A DNA stretch of 64,000 bases from an uncultured virus (IMG/VR IMGVR_UViG_3300035510_000375) (taxonomy: Duplodnaviria; Heunggongvirae; Uroviricota; Caudoviricetes), in the IMG/VR virus record IMGVR_UViG_3300035510_000375. One strand, given 5' to 3'. The position numbers and the translations under genes were made by a program. Below the pieces are notes generated by a model. It was not told the DNA's origin. It searched no databases and saw only the letters and a list, made by a program, of their open reading frames with translations. Shown here one piece after another: positions 35,240 through 46,202 of the stretch (position 1 is the first letter of the stretch; every line of letters starts with the position of its first letter).

Positions 35240-38200
35240 GTTTACAAAAATTGTTAGAGTTATCTTCTTCACGAACTCAAAAACAAGGACTTTCTGAGGA
35301 ACGTTTATTGGCACAAGTAGATAATCTAAGAGATATGATTGCTTTTTTTAGAGAATATCCAGATTTATTTGTAGATTATTTTAAGGGTGAGGATAGTACA
35401 TTCCATTTTTATTTTTATCAGAGAATTTTTTTAAGAATTGCTATGAGGCATAGATATGTCTATGCAACATTTCCGAGAGCGTAAAGTTTGCGCCAATAAA
35501 AATTATAAAATTTTTGACAAACTTCTTTAATTGCGGGAACCCTAATTTCATATTTATGTGAAAGGTGAGGGAAATAAAGATGATTATGGGAATCCGCAGC
35601 CAAGTATTTAAATTAAAGGAGTTAAAAATGAAAACACAAATTAAAAATTATAAAAAATATAATATTTATGATAATGGAGATGTAGAAAATATAGAAACTA
35701 ATAAAATTTTAAAAGGCTCTATATCTGAAAATGGTTATAAATATTATAGGCTATCTAAAGATGGCTTGAAAAAAATGTTTTATGCACATAAACTAGTAGC
35801 AGAAGCATTTATTCCTAATCCAAATAATCTGCCAGTTGTGAATCATAAAGATGGTAATAAATTAAATAATAATATAAATAATCTTGAATGGGTTAGCTAT
35901 TCTGAAAATGTTATTCATGCTTATAATAATAATTTAATTTCCAAGAATAGGAAGACCGAATATTATGATAAAGACCTTCCTAACGAAGAATGGAAAACTT
36001 TTGAAGATTATAATAATTATTTAATTTCTAATAAAGGTAGGATAAAAAATGTTATTACTAATAGACTTTTAAAACCTTCAGTTGCGAGTGGATATTATAA
36101 AGTTAGATTAAGTAAGAATGGAAAAGTTAAAGATTTTCTTATTCATAAATTAGTTTATTGTCTTTTTAATGATGAAGAATATTTAATTGATAAAAATTAT
36201 GTTATTGATCATATTGATGCTAATAAATTAAATAATAATATTAATAATTTAAGAAAAATTACTAATAGTGAAAATGCTATTGCAGCACTTTATGAACAAC
36301 AAGTTAATAATAGTGCAAAAAGAGTCGGTCAATATTCTTTAGATGATGAGTTATTAAATATTTTTCCTTCTACAAGGGAAGCAGCTAAACAATTAAAATT
36401 AGATAGTAGTACAATTTCTAAAGTATGTAGAGGGCAAAATAAAACTCATGGTGGTTTTATTTTTAAGTATATTTAATTTAAATAAAGGTTCAACGACTAT
36501 TCTGAAATAGCCTCCTCGGAATATAAATAGAGGCAATAGAAGTAGGGCCGAAGTTAATGCGGCGGGTGAAAATCCCTTAAATCGAAATAGGAAGATTTTT
36601 ATATTTATATAAAAATGTGATATAGTCTATTCTATATAGAAATATATAGCAGTTCATAAGAGAACGTATGTAAAGTTACGATTTACATAGAATATAAAGA
36701 TTCAAAATCATTTTTATCTATGATGATTTTAATGATACGATGTATTTTATATCCCAATTCGCATTTATTCGTGACTACAGGTGGTAAGGAACAAGCAGCG
36801 AGCATCACCATCGCAAAAATAGAAGAAATATGTAGGCTTCTTCCATGCCTAGCTAACGAGTTAGATTTAGATAGAGGTAAAACGACTAAAGCTAAGGATA
36901 ATGTAAAATATGTATTTAAAAATGGTTCTACTATTGATATTCTTGCGGCAAGGGAGAGTTCGAGAGGACAACGTAGAACGGGTAGAAAAAATTTTACTAT
37001 GTTGTCATCATTGTGGACAATTTTAAATAATTCTTCTTTACTAATTTTCTAATATATTAGAAAAAAGGAGTATAAAATGGTAGGATATATTTATCATATT
37101 AAAAATATTAAAACTAACAAGGAATATATTGGTCAAACTTTAGATGTAGAATGGAGAATATATAAACATTTTCAGGCGCTAAAGAATGGAAAACATCATT
37201 CAGATAAGCTTCAGAGGTCTTATAATAAGCATGGAAGAGAAGCTTTTCAAATTTCATATCAAGAAATAGAAATTGATAGTTATGATGAGTTATTATTAGA
37301 AGAAGTAAAAGAGATAGCTAAATATAATAGTTATGAAAATGGTTATAATGAAACTAGGGGAGGAGAAGGTCACCCTACTCTATTTGATTACGAAACTTCT
37401 ATTTTAATTTATCAATTAGGACAAAGATACGAAGGAATAAAACATAAATTAGCTGATTATTTTAATTGTGATAGAACAAGTATTACAGCTGTTTTTAGAA
37501 AAGATTATTTAGCAAAAGAAGAATATGATGAGCAAGCATTACAAGAATTAATTAAAAAAATTAATATTACAGATAAAAATTTAAAAGGAAATTATAAAAA
37601 TAACTGGGATAGATCTTTAACTCAAGAACAAGTGCTAAATATTCTTTCGACAATAGAAATTAAAAATTTTTCTCAATCTGCTTGTGCAAAAGCTTATGGA
37701 GTTACTAAAGATATAGTTCAAGGAATCTGTTCTGGAAAGCATTATAAAAAAGATTATGAAATTTTTCAATCATTATCAAAACAAGAAAAAGAATCTTTTG
37801 CTGAAAATATGTGTAATACTACAAACGTAATTAAGTTGCATTATGAAGGACAGAGAGGCCCTGTAAAAAATCCTTTAACTCAAGAACAAATTAATTATAT
37901 TTTAGATAATAAAGGGAAAATTACCCAAACTAAAATTGCTCAAAATTTAAAAATTTCTAAAGATAGGGTTTCTAATGTAATTAATAGAAAAAGTTATTTA
38001 GATATGATTTGGGTGTATGAAAAAGAACATTCTTCCAATTAAACATTAAACTGCCCGTTTAAAATCGCGGAATTAAGCTGGAACCCTGAGATGGGAATCA
38101 GAACCGAAGGCTATAGGAACTATAGTCAGGGGCAACGCATAGTGGGTGAAAAGATATAATCCCACCACGAGGCCGCGACATTTAATATAAATGAAAAGAT

Positions 38201-40570
38201 ATGCTGAACTTATAAAAATTAAATTATAAGAATTAAAAGATAAAAAACTTTTAAGATAACATTAATGGGTTTAATGGAAGAGTGTGTTCTGATTGACCAG
38301 ACTGCACTTAACGAGATCATAATCCCCACAACCAACGTTGACAGGCTTCTTTCGGATGGAAGTAGACATGAAGAAGAAGTTGTTAACAAGAGTCAAATAT
38401 ACATTAACTTTTTTGGGCAAAACGTTACAAAAATATGTGCATAATTTTTAATATACAATAGTATATAAAAAAGGATAAGGATAATTATGTATTATATATA
38501 TAAAATAGAAAATTTAGTAAATCATAAAAAATATATAGGGCTAACTAATAATATTGCTAGAAGAAGAGCTAGACATTTTACTGATTTAAGAGGTAATAGG
38601 CATGATAATAGCTTTTTACAAAAAGAATTTAATATTTATGGAGAAGAGAATTTTTGTTTTAATATTGAATTTCAAGGTGATATTACAAGTCAAGAAATTG
38701 GAGAAAAAGAAAAAGAATATATTAAAAAATATGACAGTTATAGAAATGGTTATAATCAAAATGAAGGAGGAAATTTTGGTCCTTCAAATGGCGGAAGTCA
38801 TTTAACACAGTCAGATATTTTTAATATTTTATCTGCAATAGAATTTTGTTCTAGACCAGGACAAATACTCTCAGATATCTATGAGGTTTCCAAAACTACA
38901 ATTAGTAGAATAAAAAAAGGTGAAAATCATTGTCAATATAAAGAAGAATATGACTCTCTTCCTTTAGAAGAACGTAAAGCTATATATAAAATTTTTTGTG
39001 ATAGCACTAATTTTTATGAGCAAAAAGTAAAGAAAACTATTATACAGTCTAAAAGAAAATTAAATGAATTTCAAGTGCATTTAATTTTATGTAATTTTGA
39101 ATTTAAAATTTTTACCAGAAAAAAGATGGCAGAAATAGTTAACGTTAAAAGTACTTATACTTTAGATTGTATAAAAAATGGAATTAGTTATAAAGATTAT
39201 GCTTTAACATATTCTCAGTTAACGAATGAACAAAAAGAACAATTAGTGTCGCTATTGAGTAATCAATAGTTGTAACCCCTTGAATTGCTGGAAAGCCCTA
39301 ACGTATAGTCGAGGGTAATCAGCAGCTAAGCCTTAATCAAAGGAAAGTTCAACGACTAGTCTAAAGACGTACATTCAAGTGAATGGAAGCGGGGGGCTCC
39401 TAATAAAATAGGATGAAGATATAGTCTACTCTTATAAGAAATTATAAGCAGTTCATAAGAGAACGCACATAGCTTAACGAACTATGTGGAATAAAAGGAA
39501 CTACAGCAGGGTACAGAAATACCTTTGCCTATGCTAAATTAGTAGAATTATTGATTCAATCTGTAGTAGAACCGGATTCTGCTATGATTATGGGTGGAAC
39601 TTATGAGACACCTGTATGCGAAGGTTTATTAAGTGAAGATTTCGTAGAACAGCTGCGCTCACAAGGAACATTTAATGAAGATTCCTTTGACCGAGAGTAT
39701 AGAAGCCTTTGGTCTGGAGATGTGGAGAATAGTTTCTTCTCATCAGAAAAATTTGATAAACATAGAGTTTTATTACAGCCGGAGTATGAATATAGTGGCC
39801 GCAGTAATAAAAATGCTTACTATGTTATTGGCGTCGATGTAGGAAGAACTGAATGTACAACAGAAGCTAGCATATTTAAAGTTACACCTCAACCGCAAGG
39901 AACTGCAACAAAAAGCTTAGTATGTATTTATTCCTATGAAGCTGAACATTTTGAAGCGCAAGCTATAAATTTAAAAAGATTATTTTATAAATATAAGGCG
40001 CGAGCCCTTGCTATTGATGCGAATGGTCTAGGTGTAGGATTAGTAGATTTCTTAACTACATCACAAGAAGACCCGGAAACTGGCGAATACTTTCCACCTT
40101 TTGGTGTAGAGGGTGGAACTTTTGAAGAAGCTACAGAACAATATAAAAAGGTTCGAGGTAATAACGTTGAAGAAAATGCTTTATTTTTAATAAAAGGAAA
40201 TGCACCAATAAATACGGAGGCCTATTCTTATACGCAAACTCAAATGGCTAGTGGAAAACTTAAATTTTTAATAGATGAAGCTGCCGCAAAAACTAAATTA
40301 ATGAGTACCAAGATGGGCCAAAATATGTCATTAGAGCAACGAAATGATTATTTGATGCCTTTTGTACAAACATCTATTCTTAAAGAACAGATGATGAATT
40401 TGGTTGAAAGTAATGAAGGAACCAATATTATCTTAAAACAGGCTTCAAGAGGAATAAAGAAAGATAAATTTTCTTCCTTCGTTTATGGTTTATTATATAT
40501 AAAGAGAGAAGAAGACCGCACTAAAAAAAGAAAAAAGAGAAATATTGAAGATTTCTTATTCTTTTCTTAA
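35236..40570 (+). CDS. terL: Terminase large subunit, 4 exons (35236-35482, 36700-36983, 38268-38404, 39499-40570; 579 aa spliced)
   Basis: Splicing restores FPRAY-SKSF (Walker A), RGQRRTG-GLMEE (Walker B) and QIYI-TTAG; nuclease GVDVGR and KDKFS; exons sum to 1740 nt. Confidence 0.93.
35483..36699 (+). mobile_element. Group I intron 1 of terL
   Basis: Follows exon U, ends in G; AATTGCGGGAA, AATCCGCAGCCAAG, GTTCAACGACTA, GATATAGTCT. Confidence 0.92.
35628..36476 (+). CDS. Intron-encoded HNH endonuclease (two HNH units, NUMOD1-like tail)
   Basis: VNHKDGNKLNN..NLEW and IDHIDANKLNN..NL; FPSTREAAK; AAGGAG RBS. Confidence 0.9.
   Translation: MKTQIKNYKKYNIYDNGDVENIETNKILKGSISENGYKYYRLSKDGLKKMFYAHKLVAEAFIPNPNNLPVVNHKDGNKLNNNINNLEWVSYSENVIHAYNNNLISKNRKTEYYDKDLPNEEWKTFEDYNNYLISNKGRIKNVITNRLLKPSVASGYYKVRLSKNGKVKDFLIHKLVYCLFNDEEYLIDKNYVIDHIDANKLNNNINNLRKITNSENAIAALYEQQVNNSAKRVGQYSLDDELLNIFPSTREAAKQLKLDSSTISKVCRGQNKTHGGFIFKYI
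36984..38267 (+). mobile_element. Group I intron 2 of terL
   Basis: U/G boundaries; IGS CTGCCCGTT (38051) pairs with AACGGGTAG; core lies downstream of the ORF. Confidence 0.9.
37077..38042 (+). CDS. Intron-encoded GIY-YIG endonuclease
   Basis: GYIY...YIGQT...R...H...NGYNETRGG. Confidence 0.9.
   Translation: MVGYIYHIKNIKTNKEYIGQTLDVEWRIYKHFQALKNGKHHSDKLQRSYNKHGREAFQISYQEIEIDSYDELLLEEVKEIAKYNSYENGYNETRGGEGHPTLFDYETSILIYQLGQRYEGIKHKLADYFNCDRTSITAVFRKDYLAKEEYDEQALQELIKKINITDKNLKGNYKNNWDRSLTQEQVLNILSTIEIKNFSQSACAKAYGVTKDIVQGICSGKHYKKDYEIFQSLSKQEKESFAENMCNTTNVIKLHYEGQRGPVKNPLTQEQINYILDNKGKITQTKIAQNLKISKDRVSNVINRKSYLDMIWVYEKEHSSN
38405..39498 (+). mobile_element. Group I intron 3 of terL
   Basis: U/G boundaries; GAATTGCTGGAA, AATCAGCAGCTAAG, GTTCAACGACTA, GATATAGTCT. 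Confidence 0.92.
38487..39269 (+). CDS. Intron-encoded GIY-YIG endonuclease
   Basis: YIYKI...YIGLT...R...NGYNQNEGG. Confidence 0.9.
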   Translation: MYYIYKIENLVNHKKYIGLTNNIARRRARHFTDLRGNRHDNSFLQKEFNIYGEENFCFNIEFQGDITSQEIGEKEKEYIKKYDSYRNGYNQNEGGNFGPSNGGSHLTQSDIFNILSAIEFCSRPGQILSDIYEVSKTTISRIKKGENHCQYKEEYDSLPLEERKAIYKIFCDSTNFYEQKVKKTIIQSKRKLNEFQVHLILCNFEFKIFTRKKMAEIVNVKSTYTLDCIKNGISYKDYALTYSQLTNEQKEQLVSLLSNQ

Positions 40571-40641
40571 AAATTGTGGTCAATTCTTATCAAAGTAATT
40601 AGGGTTTTTTTAAAATATTAATGTATTAAGGAGGCTTTAAA

Positions 40642-40998
40642 ATGAAAGCTAGCAGAGGCGAAATTAAGATTTTTGACATTTTATCCGCAGCAGGATTGGA
40701 TTTTAAAGAAGAATATAGTTTTCCTGACCTTGTAAGTACGAATGGTAGAGCTTTGCGCTTTGATTTTGCAGTCTTTGATGATAATGGAGATTTAGATTTT
40801 TTAATAGAATTTCAAGGTATTCAACATTACGAAGCTAAAAGCAAATTTGGCGGGATATCTGGATTGCGTAAGCAACAGTATAATGATATGCAAAAAAGAG
40901 AGTATTGCCATAAACATAATATTACTTTAGTAGTGATTCCATACTGGGATGAAGCAAGAATGAACTATGACTATATTATGACTGCAGCGGGCTATTAA
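40642..40998 (+). CDS. Vsr/DUF559-like PD-(D/E)XK nuclease-fold protein
   Basis: SRGE...LRFDF...LIEFQGIQHY...D..K..YC...IPYW. Confidence 0.75.
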   Translation: MKASRGEIKIFDILSAAGLDFKEEYSFPDLVSTNGRALRFDFAVFDDNGDLDFLIEFQGIQHYEAKSKFGGISGLRKQQYNDMQKREYCHKHNITLVVIPYWDEARMNYDYIMTAAGY

Positions 40999-41035
40999 AA
41001 AATTATAACATTATTAGAAAGGTTGGGTATTTATC

Positions 41036-42613
41036 TTGATTAATAGACGAGAAGAAATTAAGAAAAAAGGCTTTAATATGAATGCCAATGTTGCTTCTAT
41101 TGTAGAAGATGATTATTCAATTCCTCATAATACAGTTGATTTCTCAAAAATAAAAATTGGAGTTAAATCTTTAGAAAATGCAGTCTTAGATGATGATAGT
41201 TATAGACGTCTGAATCCTAAGCTGGGAGATAAAACAGAGGTATTAAGAGCCATTATGAATGGTGACTATGATGCTATGCGTGATATTTCTAATTTTTTCT
41301 ATAAAACCAGTGGTATCTATTCACGTTTATGCCGTTACATGGCTTATTTATATAGATATGATTGGTATATTACTCCATACATAAATTCTGATAAAATAAC
41401 AGATGAAAAAATATTAGACGGTTTTAATAAAGCATTAACTTATCTTGATAACTTTGAAGTAAAGAAATTCTTTGGTGAAGTTGCTTTAAAAGTTATCAAG
41501 AATGGATGCTATTATGGATATAAAGTTCCTCAGGCGGATAGAATGGTAATTCAAGAGTTGCCGCCAAAGTACTGCCGTTCAAGATTTTCTGTTAATGGGC
41601 GGCCAGCTGTAGAATTTAATATGAAATTTTTTGATGACACTTTTAGAGATACTGCTCAAAAAATGAAAATGTTAAATCTATTTCCGCCTGAATTTAAAAA
41701 AGGTTATGTTCTTTATAAAGAAGGTAAATTGGTGCCAGATTTTCAAGGGGATACCGCAGGTTGGTATTTACTAGATATTGAAAATAGTATTAAATTTAAC
41801 CTTAATGATAATGATTATCCAGCATTTATATCTGTCATTCCCGCAATTATTGATTTGGATGATGCGCAGGCTCTTGATAGAAAAAAGATGCAACAACAAT
41901 TATTAAAAATTATTATTCAAAAAATGCCAATAGATAAAAATGGTGATTTAGTATTTGACGTAGATGAAGCTCAAGCTCTTCATAATAATGCGGTTAAAAT
42001 GCTGCAAAATGCTTTAGGTATTGATGTTTTAACTACTTTTGCTGATGTAGATGTTGCAGACATGGCAGATAGTACTTCTACCTCTACATCTTCAGATGAA
42101 TTAGAGAAAGTAGAAAGAGCCGTTTATAATGAAGCGGGTGTTTCACAAATGCAATTTAATACAGACGGTAATATTGCTCTTGAAAAATCTATTTTAAATG
42201 ATGCTGCTCATATGTATACTTTACTTTTGCAGTTTGAAGCATTTTTAAATGATTTACTTAAACCTTATAATAAAAATCCTAAAAAAGTTTATTATAAAGT
42301 GCAAATGTTAACTACCACTATTTACAATTATCAAGATATGGCTAAATTATATAAAGAGCAAACTCAATTAGGTTATTCTAAGATGCTACCTCAAATTGCA
42401 TTAGGTCAGAGTCAGAGTTCAGTATTAGCTAATGCTTATTTTGAAAATGATATACTTGATTTAGTAAATGTATTTATTCCACCAATGAGTAGTAATACCA
42501 TGAGCGCGGATGCCATTGCTGAAATGAAAGAAAAAGGCACTGCCGGCCGCGAAGAAAAACCTGATGATGAAAAAAGTGAAAAAACTATTCAGAATAGAGA
42601 ATCAATGAGCTAA
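41036..42613 (+). CDS. Portal protein (putative)
   Basis: 525 aa between terL and protease/capsid; acidic GRxxK tail. Confidence 0.7.
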   Translation: MINRREEIKKKGFNMNANVASIVEDDYSIPHNTVDFSKIKIGVKSLENAVLDDDSYRRLNPKLGDKTEVLRAIMNGDYDAMRDISNFFYKTSGIYSRLCRYMAYLYRYDWYITPYINSDKITDEKILDGFNKALTYLDNFEVKKFFGEVALKVIKNGCYYGYKVPQADRMVIQELPPKYCRSRFSVNGRPAVEFNMKFFDDTFRDTAQKMKMLNLFPPEFKKGYVLYKEGKLVPDFQGDTAGWYLLDIENSIKFNLNDNDYPAFISVIPAIIDLDDAQALDRKKMQQQLLKIIIQKMPIDKNGDLVFDVDEAQALHNNAVKMLQNALGIDVLTTFADVDVADMADSTSTSTSSDELEKVERAVYNEAGVSQMQFNTDGNIALEKSILNDAAHMYTLLLQFEAFLNDLLKPYNKNPKKVYYKVQMLTTTIYNYQDMAKLYKEQTQLGYSKMLPQIALGQSQSSVLANAYFENDILDLVNVFIPPMSSNTMSADAIAEMKEKGTAGREEKPDDEKSEKTIQNRESMS

Positions 42614-42628
42614 AGGAGGATTTGGTTT

Positions 42629-43960
42629 ATGTCAAGAATGAGCATAGCCACTATTGACAATCCCGAATTTATCAACTTACAGCCATTAGATATTAATCCA
42701 GGCCTTAGTAAATGCGAAATTAAAGTATTATATACTGGTAAAAATAGAAATGGTAGTTTTATATCAAAAGAAGTTGCTACTGAAATGTCTAAAACATTGC
42801 GTGGCGCTCCTATTGTAGGTTGGTATAGAGAGGATAAACAAGACTTTGGTGATCATGGTGAACGCGTTGTTTGCGATGCGGATGGTATTAAATTTGAATG
42901 TATGACAAAACCTTATGGATTTGTTTCACCGGATGCTGAAGTGTGGTTTCAAAATTTTGAAGATACAGATGACTTTGGAAACAAGGTTGTTAGAGAATAT
43001 TTAATGACTACTGGTTATTTATGGACCGGTCAATACGAAGAGGCTAAATTGGCTTTTGAAGATAGCGGACGTCCGCATTCTATGGAGCTAGATGAAGACA
43101 CTTTAAATGGACAATGGTCACAAGACTTAAATACAGGTATTGACTTTTTTATAATAAATGACGCAATATTCTCAAAGTTATGTATTTTAGGCGAAGATGT
43201 AGAACCTTGCTTTGAAGGTTCTAGTGTTACTAAACCAGAAGTTAGTAATACTTTTAGTAAAGATGTAGATAAATTTAAAGCTACATTATATACTATGATG
43301 AATGATTTAAAATTTGCGTTACAAGGAGGAAAGACAATGGCTGAAATAAATGAAAAAATTGAAGCGGGAGCTCCTGCTGAAGATTTTTCAGCAATTCAGG
43401 ACAAAGATGAAAAATCTGTTACAGAGAAAAATCAAGAATTTACAGAAGGTTCATCTGTTGAAAATGAAGTTGCAGATACTTCTACTGAGTTTGAAAAGAA
43501 AGACGAAGAAGAAAAAGAGCAAGAAACCTCTGATAATGAAGATAAAGAAGAAGATAAAGAGGATGATGAAGATAAGGATAAAAAATATTCCTTATTAGAA
43601 GAAAAATTCACCGCTTTAGAGCAGAAATATTCTGCTATGGAAAAAGATTATCAGAGTCTTTTAGCATTTAAAAATAAGGTTGATAATGAAAAGAAAGATG
43701 CTTTAATTAATAGCTTCTATATGTTATCTGATGAAGATAAGAAAGAAGTTGTTTCTAATAAAGAAAAATATTCTTTAGAGCAAATTGAAGAAAAACTTTC
43801 TGTAATTTGCTTTAGGAAAAAAGTTTCTTTTGAAGATAACGAAGTAGAACAGAAAAATGAATATCAGTCTGTTACAACTTATTCATTAAACTCAACAGAA
43901 GACAATAGCGTACCGGCTTGGGTACAGGCTTGTCGCTCAGTTCAAAATAAGAATAATTAG
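42629..43960 (+). CDS. Prohead protease / scaffold
   Basis: NRNGS, HSMEL, LCILG..VEPCFE motifs; acidic coiled-coil C-terminus. Confidence 0.75.
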   Translation: MSRMSIATIDNPEFINLQPLDINPGLSKCEIKVLYTGKNRNGSFISKEVATEMSKTLRGAPIVGWYREDKQDFGDHGERVVCDADGIKFECMTKPYGFVSPDAEVWFQNFEDTDDFGNKVVREYLMTTGYLWTGQYEEAKLAFEDSGRPHSMELDEDTLNGQWSQDLNTGIDFFIINDAIFSKLCILGEDVEPCFEGSSVTKPEVSNTFSKDVDKFKATLYTMMNDLKFALQGGKTMAEINEKIEAGAPAEDFSAIQDKDEKSVTEKNQEFTEGSSVENEVADTSTEFEKKDEEEKEQETSDNEDKEEDKEDDEDKDKKYSLLEEKFTALEQKYSAMEKDYQSLLAFKNKVDNEKKDALINSFYMLSDEDKKEVVSNKEKYSLEQIEEKLSVICFRKKVSFEDNEVEQKNEYQSVTTYSLNSTEDNSVPAWVQACRSVQNKNN

Positions 43961-43972
43961 GAGGATATATAA

Positions 43973-44488
43973 ATGGCTGTTATTAGTAGAGTTGGTTTTG
44001 GCCAGGTTGAGCCAAATCATTTATCTATGACACATACTGGTCAGATTTATGCGCAGTTGCCTGCAAATAAAGAAATTAAGCAGTTAGAAAATGGTCAATT
44101 TGCAAAGTATGATATTGCAAATGGAGAAGTAAATTTTACAGGCGAAGGCGAATGGCTTTTAGTATTTAATGAAGTTAAGTTATATGGTTATTACCATGAT
44201 GAATCTTACAAAGATTATGTAATGAAAGCAGATGCTTTTACAGAACAGGAAATGACACCAAGATTAGTAAAGACTAATGTAGGCGATATTTTCACAACTA
44301 ATACTGTTGGTGGAGCCGGTTCTTTCAGAGAAAAATATGATGGAATCGACCTTAATGTTGGAGATACTGTAACTCCAGGCGCTGATGGTTTTCTTGCTGC
44401 AGGTTCAGGAGATATTGAATTTACTGTAGTTAAAGTTTACACAATGCCTGATGGTCAACCAGCTGTTAAGCTTCAGAGAACAAAATAA
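43973..44488 (+). CDS. Capsid decoration / structural protein (putative)
   Basis: Position between scaffold and capsid; LENG motif. Confidence 0.6.
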   Translation: MAVISRVGFGQVEPNHLSMTHTGQIYAQLPANKEIKQLENGQFAKYDIANGEVNFTGEGEWLLVFNEVKLYGYYHDESYKDYVMKADAFTEQEMTPRLVKTNVGDIFTTNTVGGAGSFREKYDGIDLNVGDTVTPGADGFLAAGSGDIEFTVVKVYTMPDGQPAVKLQRTK

Positions 44489-44504
44489 GGAGGAGAAATA
44501 AATT

Positions 44505-45506
44505 ATGACTTATAAAGAGTTATTGGCATTAGGAAAAATCGTTGTTAATGCAAACCCTTCTGCTCCTACAGCTTACTCATGGGGCGAAGATAAATTTTCA
44601 TACGCAACTTTAAATGAGACTTTTGCTCAAGAATTAAATAAATTACATAAAGAAAATCCTAAGCAAGCATACGCGCTTATGGAAGAAACTATTAATGATG
44701 TATTACCAAAGAAAGTACTTGAACAGTACGGTCAGTTTGCAGAAATTAAGACTTTTGCACAGGGTGATAAGCCAGTATTCGTACAGAGAATTACAGAAGC
44801 TTCTCGTAGACGTGCTAAGCAGTTCATTACAAAAGTTGGACTTGCTGGTGCTTACGAAGTATTTAAGTTAGATGGAAAGAGCTACGAAGTAGCTACAAGC
44901 GCATTTGGTGGTGCTGCTAATATTCCTTTTGAAGAGTATCTTGATGGTAGAGTTCAGATGTCTGATGTGCTTGATATCGTGCTTGAAACATTAGACGAAA
45001 AGATCTATCTTGAAATTGAAAAAGCTTTAATTGGTGCAGTTAGCAATTTACAAGCTGCTAATGTATATTCAAGCACAATCTTTGAAGAAAAAGAAATGGA
45101 TAAGCTTTTAGCTATTGCTGATTCTTACGGCCAGGCTACAATCTATTGTACTTTTGACTTCGCAGCTACAATGCTCCCTGCTGAAGGTTGGGTTTCAGAT
45201 GAAATGAGAAATGCTAGATGGAATAATGGTTACCTTGGCAACTACAAAGGTCATAAAGTTGTTGTATTACAGCAATCTTATGAAGATGAAACAAATACTG
45301 TTAAGGTTATTGATCCTTCATATGCTTGGATTATCCCAGGCGGAGCTGAGAAACCTGTAAAGGTAGCTTTTGAAGGAACAGCTCACATGAGAGAAACTCA
45401 AAATGAAGACTGGTCAACAACTACACATATTTATCAGAAAGTCGGCGTTGGCGCTTTGATTACTAATGATATTTGTGTATATCAGAATACAAGTCTTACA
45501 AAATAA
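44505..45506 (+). CDS. Major capsid protein (putative)
   Basis: 333 aa, strong RBS, biased codon usage, followed by a terminator. Confidence 0.75.
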   Translation: MTYKELLALGKIVVNANPSAPTAYSWGEDKFSYATLNETFAQELNKLHKENPKQAYALMEETINDVLPKKVLEQYGQFAEIKTFAQGDKPVFVQRITEASRRRAKQFITKVGLAGAYEVFKLDGKSYEVATSAFGGAANIPFEEYLDGRVQMSDVLDIVLETLDEKIYLEIEKALIGAVSNLQAANVYSSTIFEEKEMDKLLAIADSYGQATIYCTFDFAATMLPAEGWVSDEMRNARWNNGYLGNYKGHKVVVLQQSYEDETNTVKVIDPSYAWIIPGGAEKPVKVAFEGTAHMRETQNEDWSTTTHIYQKVGVGALITNDICVYQNTSLTK

Positions 45507-45525
45507 TTACAATTAAATAATACTA

Positions 45526-45558
45526 CTGGGGATATTTAAATATATCCCCAGCTTTTTT
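45526..45558 (+). terminator. Intrinsic terminator
   Basis: CTGGGGATAT/ATATCCCCAG then T run. Confidence 0.85.
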
Positions 45559-45580
45559 GGAGATAAAAGGAGATAAAAAT

Positions 45581-46186
45581 ATGTTGGAAGATAACACAAT
45601 TATTACTGTTTTGAATAGAAATAATGGAAGTACTGGTTATGGTATTCCGGAAATGAATCTACATAGAAAGTTTGCTCCAGGTGAAACTAAAAAGATTTCT
45701 ATGGATGAACTTAGAAAACTTTCATATCAAACTGGCGGAGATTATTTATTAAATAATTATTTAGTAATGTTTAATGAAGAAGCTGTTGCAGAATTGATTG
45801 GAGATGTAGAGCCGGAGTATTATTATACAGAAGAAGATATTCAAAATCTTTTGGTAAATGGTTCTTTAGATCAACTTGATGATTGCATTACATTTGCTCC
45901 TAAAGGGGTAGTTGATTTAGTTAAATCTATTGCAGTAAAGATTAAACTTAATGATATGAATAAAAGAGAGTTAATTTTTAATAAAACTGGTTTCAATCCA
46001 GATAATGCAATTAAGAACAATAAATATGCAGAAGATGCTGAAAAGAAAGAGAAAGAAGTTAAAAAGGTCCGTAAGGCGACAATCCCTGGTCAAGAATCTG
46101 AGACTGTGGTTGAAAGCGCCGAACCTGCAACTCCGCAGCGAAAAACTTCTGTACCTAAATATAAAGTTGTATCTGAACTAAAATAA
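45581..46186 (+). CDS. Hypothetical virion-region protein
   Basis: AGGAG RBS before MLEDN. Confidence 0.7.
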   Translation: MLEDNTIITVLNRNNGSTGYGIPEMNLHRKFAPGETKKISMDELRKLSYQTGGDYLLNNYLVMFNEEAVAELIGDVEPEYYYTEEDIQNLLVNGSLDQLDDCITFAPKGVVDLVKSIAVKIKLNDMNKRELIFNKTGFNPDNAIKNNKYAEDAEKKEKEVKKVRKATIPGQESETVVESAEPATPQRKTSVPKYKVVSELK

Positions 46187-46202
46187 TTATAGGAGGTGTA
46201 TT

